A DNA stretch of 63,121 nt, the filler included, from Octopus bimaculoides (Eukaryota), in the NCBI RefSeq assembly GCF_001194135.2. It is 4 parts of 4 records of this genome, joined end to end, with 100 filler letters (N's around TTAATTAATTAA, not from the genome) between each part and the next. Parts side by side here need not be neighbours in the genome. Positions count along the whole stretch, not along the records: positions 44,295 to 58,617 come from NC_068983.1; positions 58,718 to 63,121 come from NC_069002.1; 2 more parts are not named here. The stretch is one strand, 5' to 3'. Below the pieces are notes generated by a model that saw nothing but the letters and a program-made list of their open reading frames with translations, was not told where the DNA came from and ran no database searches. Position numbers and translations under genes: made by a program. This document shows, in pieces, positions 51,021-63,121 of this stretch (position 1 is the first letter of the stretch; the number at the start of each line of letters is the position of its first letter).

Positions 51021-51996
51021 CTCTTTCTCAGAATGTAATTATTACTGTTGTTTTCTGTAAAAAGATCGATGCAATTTGTCTTTATGTGCAATAATAAAAT
51101 CTTCAGTTAAATGTTCGCAAGTGTTATTCAGTTACTTCTTCACACAGCCTAAGAAATACATTTTCATTCATGAGGACTGGCGAACCAGAAGGCTGATTGG
51201 TGCCTGGTGCAGCCTTCTGGTTCGCCAGTCCTCAGTCAAATCGTCCAAACCATGCTAGCATGGAAGGCGGACGTTAAGTGATGATGATGATGATGATGAT
51301 GAACTCTATCAGTCACCACCCCAGACCAAGCTCACAACTGCAGACTGCAACATTTCTGTTAACCAAAATATAAACTTTTTATTTAAAATTTACTGACAAA
51401 ATCATATAAATTATATTACTAAAATTATCAAAACTATCAGTTGTGACATTCAAGCCCTTTTCTTGTTTGTCTGTGGCATAAAATGAAGAGAGATCACCTG
51501 AACTCAGAATCAGTTCTCTTGGATCCACACACCTCCTCATGATGCTTGATAATGAAAATTAAGACAGTCGAAGGGTTTTGACAAATGTCGTTGTTTTGAG
51601 ACTGCATTAGTTACAAGCAAACATAAGTGTATGGTAATAAGCATTGCTATGCAAGTAAGGAGTTCAATCTCAGAGCACAGCCTTGTGGAAGTACCTGCCG
51701 TTGTAGCCATGGTAGATTTCAAAACTAAAACTGTGAAACTGAAACTGTTCAGAAGCCTTATATATCATCATCACCCTCCTCCTCCTCCTCCTCCTCCTCA
51801 TCATCATCATCACCATCACCATCATCATCATCACCTTCTCTTAACCTTGTATGATGGTGATGCTCATTTAAAACCATCACATGATATCTAGACAAAGCAA
51901 CACACATTTACACATACACATCACACATGCATATCTATCTATCATCTTGCTCTTTCTTTCTTTTTTTCTCTCTCTCTCTCTCTATTTCTCTCTGTC

Positions 51997-52043
<47 letters not shown>

Positions 52044-52475
52044 NNNNNNNNNNNNNNNNNNNNNNNNNNNNNNNNNNNNNNNNNNNNNNNNNNNNNNNNN
52101 NNNNNNNNNNNNNNNNNNNNNNNNNNNNNNNNNNNNNNNNNNNNNNNNNNNNNNNNNNNNNNNNNNNNNNNNNNNNNNNNNNNNNNNNNNNNNNNNNNNN
52201 NNNNNNNNNNNNNNNNNNNNNNNNNNNNNNNNNNNNNNNNNNNNNNNNNNNNNNNNNNNNNNNNNNNNNNNNNNNNNNNNNNNNNNNNNNNNNNNNNNNN
52301 NNNNNNNNNNNNNNNNNNNNNNNNNNNNNNNNNNNNNNNNNNNNNNNNNNNNNNNNNNNNNNNNNNNNNNNNNNNNNNNNNNNNNNNNNNNNNNNNNNNN
52401 NNNNNNNNNNNNNNNNNNNNNNNNNNNNNNNNNNNNNNNNNNNNNNNNNNNNNNNNNNNNNNNNNNNNNNNNNNN

Positions 52476-52510
<35 letters not shown>

Positions 52511-53404
52511 CAGTCTTCTTTCAGTTTCCATCAACTAAATCCACTTACAAGGCTTTGGTCAACCCAAGACTGTAGTTGAAGACTCTTACCTGAGATGTCA
52601 CACAATAGAACTGAACCCCAAACCACCTGGCTGGGAAACAAACTTTTTCACCTCACAGCCATGTCTATATGAAATGCAAAGCGCAAGCTCCAAAAGTACC
52701 TTTGAACTTCATCAGTGTAGATTTTAAAAGTGCACCTCCTGTAAAATCATTAATATTGAAATCACATTATTGTGTTTTTCAGGACTAACAAACAAACAAA
52801 AAAAAAAAAAAAAAAAAAACAGAAAAATGTACTTATTCTCTCCGACAAATATTGTATATATACTTTTTTAAGATGTAGAAATGTAAGCAAATTGAAAGAT
52901 TTAAGCAAAACTGGCTTAATTACAAATTTCTTCTTTCGTCTTGGTCATCTTATTCAGAATATTTTTGGACGTCAGCCCATAATTCTGATTTCTGAGACAC
53001 TTTTGTAATACTTCAATTAATTCTACAATGGAAACTAAACTGTTGGCATCAAGAAATGTCCATGATATGTATTCTCGAATGACTGAAAAGAAGAGGGATA
53101 AGAATAATTCGTTGCTTTTGCTAATCTCTGGTAGCTTTTCCAGTTTTGTGTTATAGCACTTGAGTTTAGAAGGATAGGGGCATAATAAGAATGGTACTGT
53201 TGGGCCAGGGATGTATGGATGCAGGCATGGTTGTGTGGTCAAGTAGTTCACTTGGCTGACATATGATTTTGGTGGTTTGGGGTTCTATATCACTGTGCAG
53301 CAGTGTGGGCAAGTGTTTTCTTCAACTGTAGCTCTGGGTTTGAAATTTCAAAATTTCACATGAAAACTGTGCAGAAATCCATTATATGTGTATACTATAT
53401 ACTT

Positions 53405-53810
53405 TTTTACTTGTTTCAGTCATTTGACTGCAGCCATGCTGGAGCACCGCCTTTAGTTGAGTAAATCGACCCCAAGACTTATTCTTTGTAAGCCTAGTAC
53501 TTATTCTATCAGTCTCTTATGCTGAACCACTAAATTATGTGGACATAAACACACCACCATTGGTTGTCAGGTGATGTTGGGGGACAAACACAGACACACA
53601 AACATATACACACACATACACATATATATATATATATACACATATACGATGGGCTTCTTTCAGTTTCTGTCTACCAAATCTACTCACAAGGCTTTGGTTG
53701 GCCTGAAGCTATAGAAGAAGACACTTGCCCAAGGTGCCACACAGTGGGACTGAACCCAGAACCATGTGGCTGGTAAGCAAGCTACTTACCACACAGCCAC
53801 TCCTGCGCCT
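53405..53810 (-). mobile_element. Full-length tRNA-derived SINE (main family)
   Basis: Minus strand AGGCGCAGGAGTGGCTGTGTGGTAAGTAGCTTGCTTACC..GGGTTCAGTCCCAC through GCTCCAGCATGGCTGCAGTCAAATGACTGAAACAAGT. Confidence 0.88.
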
Positions 53811-53869
53811 ATGTATGTATGTATGTATATGTGTGTGCTACTATTAATATAAGTGTGTGTGTATCATCA

Positions 53870-54560
53870 TCATCATCATTATCATCATCGTCGTCGTTTA
53901 ACGTCTGCTTTCCAGGCTGGCATGGGTTAGACAGTTTGAGTGAGAGCTATCAAACCAGAAGGCTGCACCAGGCTCCAATCTGATCTGGCAAAATTTCTAC
54001 AGCTGGATGCCCTTCCTAATGCCAACCACTCAGAGAAGTGTAGTGGGTGCTTTTTACATGCCACTGGCATGAGAGCCAGTCGGGTGGTACTGGCATCGAC
54101 CACATTTGAATGGTGCTTTTTACGTTCCACCAGCATGGGACTGGTCAGCCAGCACTGGCATCGACCACACTCAATTGGTGCTTTTTATGCACAACTGGCA
54201 CGGGAACCGATCAGGTGCCACTGGCAATGATCATGCATGGATGGCGCTTTTTATGTGCCACCCGCATGGGACTTGTCAGGCAGCACTGGCATTGACCACA
54301 CATGAATGGTGCTTTTTGCATGTCACTGGCATGGGTGCAAATCAGACAGTACTGTCATCAGCCATGTCAATGACTTCACTTGACTCAACAGGTCTTCACA
54401 AGTGCAGTTTATTGCCTGATGATGGAAGGGTATTCNNNNNNNNNNCAGGTCTTCACAAGTGCAGTTTATTGCCTGATGATGGAAGGGTATTCTTAAATGG
54501 GCTGGTTATGCTGCTCTGCACAGCATATCTCAAGCACAGCATATCTCCAAAAGTCTCGGT
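53870..54560 (-). mobile_element. SINE-like element with a ~66-bp internal minisatellite
   Basis: Same tail as 38150-38655; about 4.5 units starting TGGTGCTTTT between ~54045 and ~54340. Confidence 0.75.
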
Positions 54561-57234
54561 CACTTGTCATTGCCTCTATGAGGCCCAAACATATAATTAT
54601 TATTTATAATGATAATAACTGCCTCTAAGATAGGCACAAGGCCTGAAATTTGAGGAAGGGGATTAGTTGATGATACTATTGACCCCTGCACTTGAGTGGT
54701 ATTTAATTTCATTATCCTGGAGAAATGAAAGGCTAAGTTCACCACAGTATGATTTAAGCTCTGAGCATAAAGTGCTGGAATACAACAAAGCATCTTTACC
54801 AATGATCTTACAATTCTACCAGTAATTTTGAGATGAGGGCATAATATTGGCAACGACAATGGCTTCAAATTTTGGCACAAAGCCAGCAATTTCTTGAAGG
54901 GGTTGCATTGATTATATTGTCCCCAGCGCTCAACTGGTAATTATTTTATTAAACATGAAAGGATGAAAGGCAGTAACAATGATAATGTGCTGGTACCACA
55001 TAAAAAGCACCTGTGCTGGTTCCTCACAAAAAAACACAGCATTAGGAAGGTCATCCAGGCATAGAAACCATACCAAAACAGACAATGGGAACCTGGTGCA
55101 GCTCTTTGGTTTGCCAGCTCCTGTCAAACTGTCCGTTTTCCATGCCAGCATGGAAAACAAATGTTAAATGATGATGATGATGATGAGTACTTAGTATAGG
55201 TGAAAAATTCTATATTTTTATACTGGAAAAAAGCCTTATAAAAGATGGGCCAACAGATGACTGGGTCAGCTTCCCAATTTATATTTGGGTTTTATTTCAT
55301 CAGCCCCTGTACATGGATAGTAAACTCGGAGGGCTTAGTGGCTAGAATGTTGCATTCATGATCACATGATCTAAGCTCTGATTCTCAGACTAGGCAATGC
55401 ATTGTTTTCTTGAGCAAAACTCTTCATTTCACATTCCTACTCACCTCTAAATGAATGACCCTTCAATGGACTAGTGTCCTGTCCAGGGGAAAATGTTATC
55501 CCTTCTATGCCATAGAAACCAGGTCACCAGCACTACAATAGGGTCCAGGAGTTGATAATCATCATCATCATCATCATAATGATGATGAATGATGATGAAT
55601 AAATACATGGGCTGTATGTAATTTATGAATCCCAGAAATGAGTAAAGTAATATCAGGTTCAACAGGAATTGAACTGAGAATCTAGCAGATCAAATTCTAT
55701 ATACATAAGTGATATATAATTTATGAATCCCACAAATGTGTAAAGCAATATTAGATTCAACAGGAATTGAACTCAGAACCTAGCAGATTATAATCTATAT
55801 ACACAGTGCGAAGTATTTATTCTAGCTTTTTTAGTGTCTCACTCACACAACTGCCTCTACTCACCCCCACTGCAATATGATAATGATGCCGATTAAGGGA
55901 AAGTTCTTGAGAAAGCATATTGTTTCACTGATCTGCTTGTGAACGAGTGCATTGTTCAAATCTGGTGTGATAATGACGTAATTCTGATTCAACGGGAATT
56001 ATATACGTTTGTGTGTGTTTGAGTATGTTAACACACACATACGCACACACACATACACACACACAGACATATATATGTAGATATGTGCATGTAGATATAT
56101 GGGCATGTGTGTATGTACATACATACCTATATATTTTATATATATNNNNNNNNNNNNNNNNNNNNNNNNNNNNNNNNNNNNNNNNNNNNNNNNNNNNNNN
56201 NNNNNNNNNNNNNNNNNNNNNNNNNNNNNNNNNNNNNNNNNNNNNNNNNNNNNNNNNNNNNNNNNNNNNNNNNNNNNNNNNNNNNNNNNNNNNNNNNNNN
56301 NNNNNNNNNNNNNNNNNNNNNNNNNNNNNNNNNNNNNNNNNNNNNNNNNNNNNNNNNNNNNNNNNNNNNNNNNNNNNNNNNNNNNNNNNNNNNNNNNNNN
56401 NNNNNNNNNNNNNNNNNNNNNNNNNNNNNNNNNNNNNNNNNNNNNNNNNNNNNNNNNNNNNNNNNNNNNNNNNNNNNNNNNNNNNNNNNNNNNNNNNNNN
56501 NNNNNNNNNNNNNNNNNNNNNNNNNNNNNNNNNNNNNNNNNNNNNNNNNNNNNNNNNNNNNNATGTATTATACACACATGCTTGTGTATATACATATATA
56601 TATATATACATACATACATACATACATACATACACACACAAACATACACACACACATGCATACATATATGTTTATATACACATGTGTATACAGAAATAGT
56701 AATTAGTTAATAGATTACAAAATCTTTTTCCAGTTGACTGAACACTTCAGTAATTTGTTTGTTTGTGGTCGACTGAATCTGTTTAGTGAGAAAGTTAGGT
56801 GTAAAGACAGGCAACCATCATCATCAGATTGATGTTTTCTACGGCTTTAATCAGGGATTTGAAATTCAGCAAGGTCGTTTGAGGTCAAGCTAAGACAGAA
56901 CATTATTTAATGACACAAGAGGGTGATTTGTTTTCCTTGTTTCTATTACGTCGTTTTGTTCGTTTTTTTTGTTTTGTTCATTCTCATGCATTTGAATTAA
57001 TCCTATTAACGCTATTGCACAACAAAGATTGTGTCTTTGGATATGCTTCTATCGCATTTCCAACAATAATATTTGCTAATTCCTTTCTCCAGGCCTTTCT
57101 TTGACCTTTATTAGAAGGTGCAGTCGGCGATGCATTGTATTGATGTTTGGTTAATGAGTTCACTTTTGCAACCTCATGGTTTCTAGGTTTGGTTCCACTG
57201 CATGCCACCCAGAAGATGCTTCTTTTTTTGAGGC

Positions 57235-57932
57235 ACAGGCATAGCTGAGTGGTAAGAACTTTGCTTCTCAATCACATGGTTCCAGGTTCAGTCCCATTAC
57301 TTGGTACCTTGGATATGTGTCTTATACTCTAACCTTGGGTCAACCAAAGCCTTGTTAGTGGATGTGGTAAACAGAAATTGAAAAAAGATTGTTGTGCGGT
57401 GTGCGTGTGTGTGTGTGTTTGTGCGTCCGTGCGCGCATTTGTCCCTGCCACTGTTTGACAACCGATGTTGGTGTTTTTACATTCCTGTAACTTAGCAGTT
57501 CGGCAAAAGTGACTGATAGAATAAGCATCAGATTTTAAAAAAGTACTGAGGTTGATCTGTTCGACTAAAATTCTTCAAGGAGTGCTCCAGCATGGACACA
57601 ATCTAATGACTAAAACAAACAGAGTAAAGTGAAAGTAAAAGTAATGGCCTGGGTCCAATAAATACTTTGTGAATGGAATTTGGGAGAAAGAAACAACACC
57701 TGTCACATGTGTGTGTATATTTATTCTTTTATTCTTTTATTCTTTTACTTGTTTCAGTCATTTGACTGTGGCCATGTTGGAGCACTGCCTTTAGTCAAGC
57801 AAATCGACCCCAGAGTTTATTCTTTGTAAGCCCAGCACTTATTCTAGCAGTCTCCTTTGCCGAACTGCTAAATCATGGGGATGCAAACACACTAGCATCA
57901 GTGGTCAAGCGATGTTGGGAGGACAAACACAA

Positions 57933-57963
<31 letters not shown>

Positions 57964-58090
57964 TATATACGACGGGCTTCTTCCTGAGGCTATAGTAGAA
58001 GACACTTGCCCAAGATGCCATGCAGTGGGACTAAACCCATGACCATGTGGTTGGTAAGCAAGCTACTTACCACACAGCCACTCCTGCACC
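57235..58090. mobile_element. Two main-family SINEs in convergent inverted orientation (+ ~57235-57620, - ~57745-58090)
   Basis: Both have head, dinucleotide tract and tail modules; tails face each other across ~120 bp. Confidence 0.85.
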
Positions 58091-58617
58091 TATATATAAA
58101 GATATATAATCATCATCATCATTACCATCATGATCATAACTATCACCACCACCACCTTCTACTTATTCTTCATAACTCTTATCATTATCACCATCCCCAT
58201 CATCATCATCATCCTCATCATTATCTAATGCCTGGCTTCCATGCTGGCATTAGTTGGAGAGTTCAACCAGATCAGATGATGCGGATGATTGCATCATGCT
58301 GCCATGTCTAATTTGGTATGTTTGTACAGCAGGGTGCTCTTCCTCCTGCCAACCACTTTACAGAGGTTGCTGAGTCACACACAAACAGCTCACCCCCAAC
58401 ACACACACATGCACAGGAGTACACACACGGACAATGATCGTCTTTCAATTTCCAGCCATCGAATCCCCTTACAAGGCTTTGGTTAAACCTGAACCTATAG
58501 TAGAAGACACTTGCCCAAGTCACATGGCTGAGAGACAAAATTTTTAACCCTACAGCCATGTTTGTACCTACCTATCTACCCACCTCCCAACCTCCCTCCC
58601 TACCTACCTACCTACCT

Positions 58618-58717
58618 NNNNNNNNNNNNNNNNNNNNNNNNNNNNNNNNNNNNNNNNNNNNTTAATTAATTAANNNNNNNNNNNNNNNNNNNNNNNNNNN
58701 NNNNNNNNNNNNNNNNN
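58618..58717. other. Artificial assembly linker (44N + TTAATTAATTAA + 44N)
   Basis: Identical structure to the other two linkers. Confidence 0.9.
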
Positions 58718-58722
58718 GGTAT

Positions 58723-58773
<51 letters not shown>

Positions 58774-58776
58774 TAT

Positions 58777-58842
<66 letters not shown>

Positions 58843-59008
58843 AATATATGATAGCCAAATAAATATAGATATTAATAAATGTATATGTATGTATTTAGGA
58901 ATATGTCACATATATATTATACATATACACAGTCATACACGCGCACACGTACGCGCACACGCACGCGCGCACACATACACACAGATATATACATATTTGT
59001 CTCCGTAT

Positions 59009-59045
59009 TCTTTCTGTTGAAGAGCGTAGCTCGAAACGTCAAAGA
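59009..59045 (+). ncRNA. Minimal type-I hammerhead-ribozyme-like motif with variant core
   Basis: TCTTT (stem I) CTGTTGA A GAGC-GTA-GCTC (stem II) GAAAC GTC AAAGA (stem I'). All pairings are visible; the core has A6->U. Confidence 0.6.
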
Positions 59046-59211
59046 CTTTCCGTATTCCCGAGCGTCATACTAATATATACTTTTGTTATTTACACCACCT
59101 GTCCTCGTCTGTTGTTATTTTTTGTATATTCTCCCATATATATATTACAACCTATTCAGTCGTAACCTTAAATACGTTTAGAACTTGAAATGTATTCTCT
59201 TTTTTATTGAA

Positions 59212-59256
<45 letters not shown>

Positions 59257-59355
59257 CATTATTGTGGATTTATTCACGAACCATACCCCAGGGGCACAGC
59301 CTGTGGCGCCAAGCCGATTCATCGGATGGGCTAACCTATCAGATTTCGAAACGGC

Positions 59356-59386
<31 letters not shown>

Positions 59387-59828
59387 TTGCTTTAAAATAG
59401 TGTTAATTCTACTACTACAAAAAATAGTAACAACAACAACAACAACCGCGACGAGGAAGCCTGGCCAAGCCAAGCATTTCTTTCTTGCGATTCAAGTCCT
59501 AGAGCAATTTGTCATTATGTTCCCGATAACGTTACCAAACGATAACAGGTTTGACAAGAAAATGTACCGAAGTGGCCACACCAATCTTGCTACCAAATCT
59601 GTGAACAACGCGTTTNNNNNNNNNNNNNNNNNNNNNNNNNNNNNNNNNNNNNNNNNNNNNNNNNNNNNNNNNNNNNNNNNNNNNNNNNNNNNNNNNNNNN
59701 NNNNNNNNNNNNNNNNNNNNNNNNNNNNNNNNNNNNNNNNNNNNNNNNNNNNNNNNNNNNNNNNNNNNNNNNNNNNNNNNNNNNNNNNNNNNNNNNNNNN
59801 NNNNNNNNNNNNNNNNNNNNNNNNNNNN

Positions 59829-59865
<37 letters not shown>

Positions 59866-59933
59866 ATATAGGTATATAGGTAGATAGATAGATAGATAGA
59901 TAGACAGACAGATATATATATATACACATATAT

Positions 59934-59978
<45 letters not shown>

Positions 59979-60079
59979 TATACATATATTTATTTATTTC
60001 TCAGGTGAAGTCAGACAATTTTTATCCAGTCTTCGCCTACCGTTCTGTTTATCTAATAAGGCACATGCACAACGATAAA

Positions 60080-60385
60080 CGATAAACGTCGCCCTTTCAA
60101 AGCCTAGCCAGGCTCATGGGCCCGGTTTCCCAGTTTCTATTGGGTATGTGTTCTCCCCAGCCAGTCCATCGCAGCGTTACTCAAGAAACAAGAAGAAAGA
60201 GTGAGAGAAAGTTAGGGCGAAAGAGTACAATAGGGGCCGCCACCACCCCTTGCCGGAGCCTCGTGGAGCTTAAGTGTTGTCGCTCAATAAACACTCACAA
60301 CGTCCGGTCTGGGAATCGAAACCGCGACCCTCCGACTGCGAGACCGCTGCCCTAACCACTGGGCCATTGCGCCTCCACCACATGC
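60080..60385 (-). mobile_element. tRNA-derived SINE, third family
   Basis: Minus strand GTGGAGGCGCAATGGCCCAGTGGTTAGGGCAGCGGTCTCGCAGTCGGAGGGTCGCGGTTTCGATTCCCAG head; tail CCCATGAGCCTGGCTAGGCTTTGAAAGGGCG as at ~45540. Confidence 0.8.
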
Positions 60386-62041
60386 ACAACACATATACAC
60401 AAACATACTTATTCGGTACGCCATGTTAAACACACACACGCCCACACCCACACCCGTATACATACTTATTCGCACGCCATGTTGCACACATACGCGCGCA
60501 CTGGTCCAATTAATGATCCTCGGAGTTGTTCAACTTAGAAACAGCAACTGTCATAAGGCTGAAGGCGATATTGGAACTTTGGAGAACGTAGTCTTAGGTA
60601 CACTAGGTATGCGTGGAGATTAGATCAGGTTAGTCATATATGGGTTACCTTTGAACATAAAGTCTTCTTCATCAGGGATGAATTAAGGTAAGCAGCAATG
60701 TTGTACACAAACAGCCACAAGTTCCCAGACACTCAGAACGGCACACACACACACACAAACACACAGACTCAGGACTATTTTCCACCCACCACAAAATGAT
60801 GTTGCTTTGAAAGAAATGTGGGATCAGGCATCTATGCTCATTAACTTATAGTGACAAGTGATTTGGTAAGCCATTGTTGATAAAGTGAAGTCGAATAGAG
60901 TGTTCGGTCCAGAGGAAAATGATGTATATATCACAGTATAAAGATGTATATCACAGTTGTAGTTGTGGCTGTCGTTGAGATGGTAGAGGTGGTGGCGGTA
61001 GTGGTTGGGTTTGACACCTGATCATTTCTGGTCAAGAAGGCTTATGACACACAGGTAAGCGGTCGGACGGCTAGATACCATTCAAAGAGCTATCGATGCT
61101 GATATCTATCTATCTAGAATATATATATACATACATATATATATATATATANNNNNNNNNNNNNNNNNNNNNNNNNNNNNNNNNNNNNNNNNNNNNNNNN
61201 NNNNNNNNNNNNNNNNNNNNNNNNNNNNNNNNNNNNNNNNNNNNNNNNNNNNNNNNNNNNNNNNNNNNNNNNNNNNNNNNNNNNNNNNNNNNNNNNNNNN
61301 NNNNNNNNNNNNNNNNNNNNNNNNNNNNNNNNNNNNNNNNNNNNNNNNNNNNNNNNNNNNNNNNNNNNNNNNNNNNNNNNNNNNNNNNNNNNNNNNNNNN
61401 NNNNNNNNNNNNNNNNNNNNNNNNNNNNNNNNNNNNNNNNNNNNNNNNNNNNNNNNNNNNNNNNNNNNNNNNNNNNNNNNNNNNNNNNNNNNNNNNNNNN
61501 NNNNNNNNNNNNNNNNNNNNNNNNNNNNNNNNNNNNNNNNNNNNNNNNNNNNNNNNNNNNNNNNNNNNNNNNNNNNNNNNNNNNNNNNNNNNNNNNNNNN
61601 NNNNNNNNNNNNNNNNNNNNNNNNNNNNNNNNNNNNNNNNNNNNNNNNNNNNNNNNNNNNNNNNNNNNNNNNNNNNNNNNNNNNNNNNNNNNNNNNNNNN
61701 NNNNNNNNNNNNNNNNNNNNNNNNNNNNNNNNNNNNNNNNNNNNNNNNNNNNNNNNNNNNNNNNNNNNNNNNNNNNNNNNNNNNNNNNNNNNNNNNNNNN
61801 NNNNNNNNNNNNNNNNNNNNNNNNNNNNNNNNNNNNNNNNNNNNNNNNNNNNNNNNNNNNNNNNNNNNNNNNNNNNNNNNNNNNNNNNNNNNNNNNNNNN
61901 NNNNNNNNNNNNNNNNNNNNNNNNNNNNNNNNNNNNNNNNNNNNNNNNNNNNNNNNNNNNNNNNNNNNNNNNNNNNNNNNNNNNNNNNNNNNNNNNNNNN
62001 NNNNNNNNNNNNNNNNNNNNNNNNNNNNNNNNNNNNNNNNN

Positions 62042-62075
<34 letters not shown>

Positions 62076-62409
62076 GCACACACACTAATATATCTATATC
62101 GAGATAGATTGATAATGTCCGTGCTTAAACTAGGAATGTGTCCCTTATTTTGGTGTTACACTATCCGACGTGCTGTGGTGGAGCGTTTTGGATGCAATGA
62201 CAAGCATTTCCAGTTGGTATTCCGGACTGGTCTGAGACCGAGATGACGGATGGACGCAATAAGGTAAATGAAATTATTCCGTATAGAGAAACAAGAGAAG
62301 GAACGAGAGACAAATACATATCACTGGGAAAGCCGGCAGTCAACACAGCTAATATTTCCTAAGTATTTTGAAACTTATGCCCGATAAATGATAAAATAGG
62401 GTCAATGAA

Positions 62410-62650
62410 GTGTTTCTTATTTCTTTATTGCTCACAAGGGGCCAAACATAGAGGGGACAAACAAGGACAGACAAAGGGATTAAGTCGATTACATCGACCC
62501 CAGTGCGTAACAGGTACTTTATTTATCGATCCCGAAAGGATGAAAGGCAAGGTCGATTCTGCGGAATTTGAACTCAAAACGTAACGGTGGGCGAAATACC
62601 GAAAAGCATTTCGCCCGGTGTGCTAACGTTTCTGCCAGTTCGCTGCCTTA
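62410..62650 (-). mobile_element. tRNA-derived SINE, second family
   Basis: Minus strand AGGCAGCGAACTGGCAGAAACGTTAGC..GAGTTCAAATTCCGC..GCCTTTCATCCTTTCGGGATCGATAAATAAAGTACC. Confidence 0.8.
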
Positions 62651-63023
62651 ATGAAGTGTTTCTGCACTGGAATACAACAGCTACCACCTTATCCACAGCG
62701 TTGGACGAGTGGTAGCTCACATAGGAAAAGGTCTCGATTACTTAAGGAATCGAGACAGTACTGTCGACGTCGACAGATGAACTGGGGTAAAATGGACAAA
62801 AGTGTCTCTAAGCAGAAATACATCTAAAAGGTGCATAGTGGACTTGAACTCTGAACGTAGGAATTGGTAGTCTTTTACTTTATCCATGCCGCCATGTGAT
62901 CCCAACAGAGTTTTCATGTGTGAACATCTAAGGATGATTCTCTATTAAATCAACATTGATACAGGAAACTATACGAAATGAGGTTCTGAGGATTGTATCC
63001 TAGGACTACGCCATCAATATATG

Positions 63024-63078
<55 letters not shown>

Positions 63079-63121
63079 ATCTATAGTACGATATGAATGT
63101 ATATATAATATATGTATATAT

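Noticed and set aside
51695-51724. 30-nt minus-strand exon candidate (xLKSTMATTAG|) whose phase fits the G|STAL exon
   Set aside because: Weak GTACTT donor; lacks the acidic D/E-x-A-G context expected before GTT in PPM1L; could be revisited with RNA-seq.
54045-54340. Regularly spaced repeats superficially like a CRISPR array
   Set aside because: The 'spacers' are homologous to each other, the array is inside a SINE, the context is eukaryotic and there are no cas genes.
54389-54492. Exact 47-bp direct repeat around a 10-N gap
   Set aside because: Assembly overlap artefact.
56984-57271. 95-aa minus-strand ORF
   Set aside because: Begins within an antisense SINE head; the remainder has no recognisable motif.
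60310-60385. tRNA-like sequence on the minus strand; similar heads elsewhere
   Set aside because: Continues into SINE body; no proper acceptor stem; a SINE head, not a tRNA gene.
60640-60680. Minus-strand CTGATGAAGAAGACTTTATGTTCAAAGG, third hammerhead candidate
   Set aside because: GAAAC is absent and stem II is poor.

Overview
Eukaryotic, AT-rich, gap-ridden genomic DNA. The SINE, RTE and microsatellite content looks like Octopus; this is inferred from repeat sequence, not searched. The only host gene I can support is a PP2C phosphatase (PPM1L/PP2C-epsilon-like), of which the last two coding exons lie on the minus strand (36831-36961, 32384-32806). Its upstream exons were not found. Most of the rest is decayed mobile DNA: tRNA-headed SINEs, RTE, CR1/L2, R4-like, HERO-like and Penelope-like retroelement fragments, mariner/Tc1/maT transposons, MITEs, Helentron/DINE-like elements and microsatellites. 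Three 44N-TTAATTAATTAA-44N blocks are artificial linkers. The most interesting signal is two minimal type-I hammerhead-ribozyme-like motifs. One sits at the 3' end of a tRNA-headed SINE inside the PPM1L intron, in the sense orientation; both copies carry substitutions at positions expected to matter for cleavage. There are also closely spaced inverted SINE pairs (possible ADAR substrates) and a few orphan exon candidates. No prokaryotic-type system, CRISPR array, rRNA gene or intact tRNA gene is supported. Repeat boundaries are approximate and family names come from recalled motifs.
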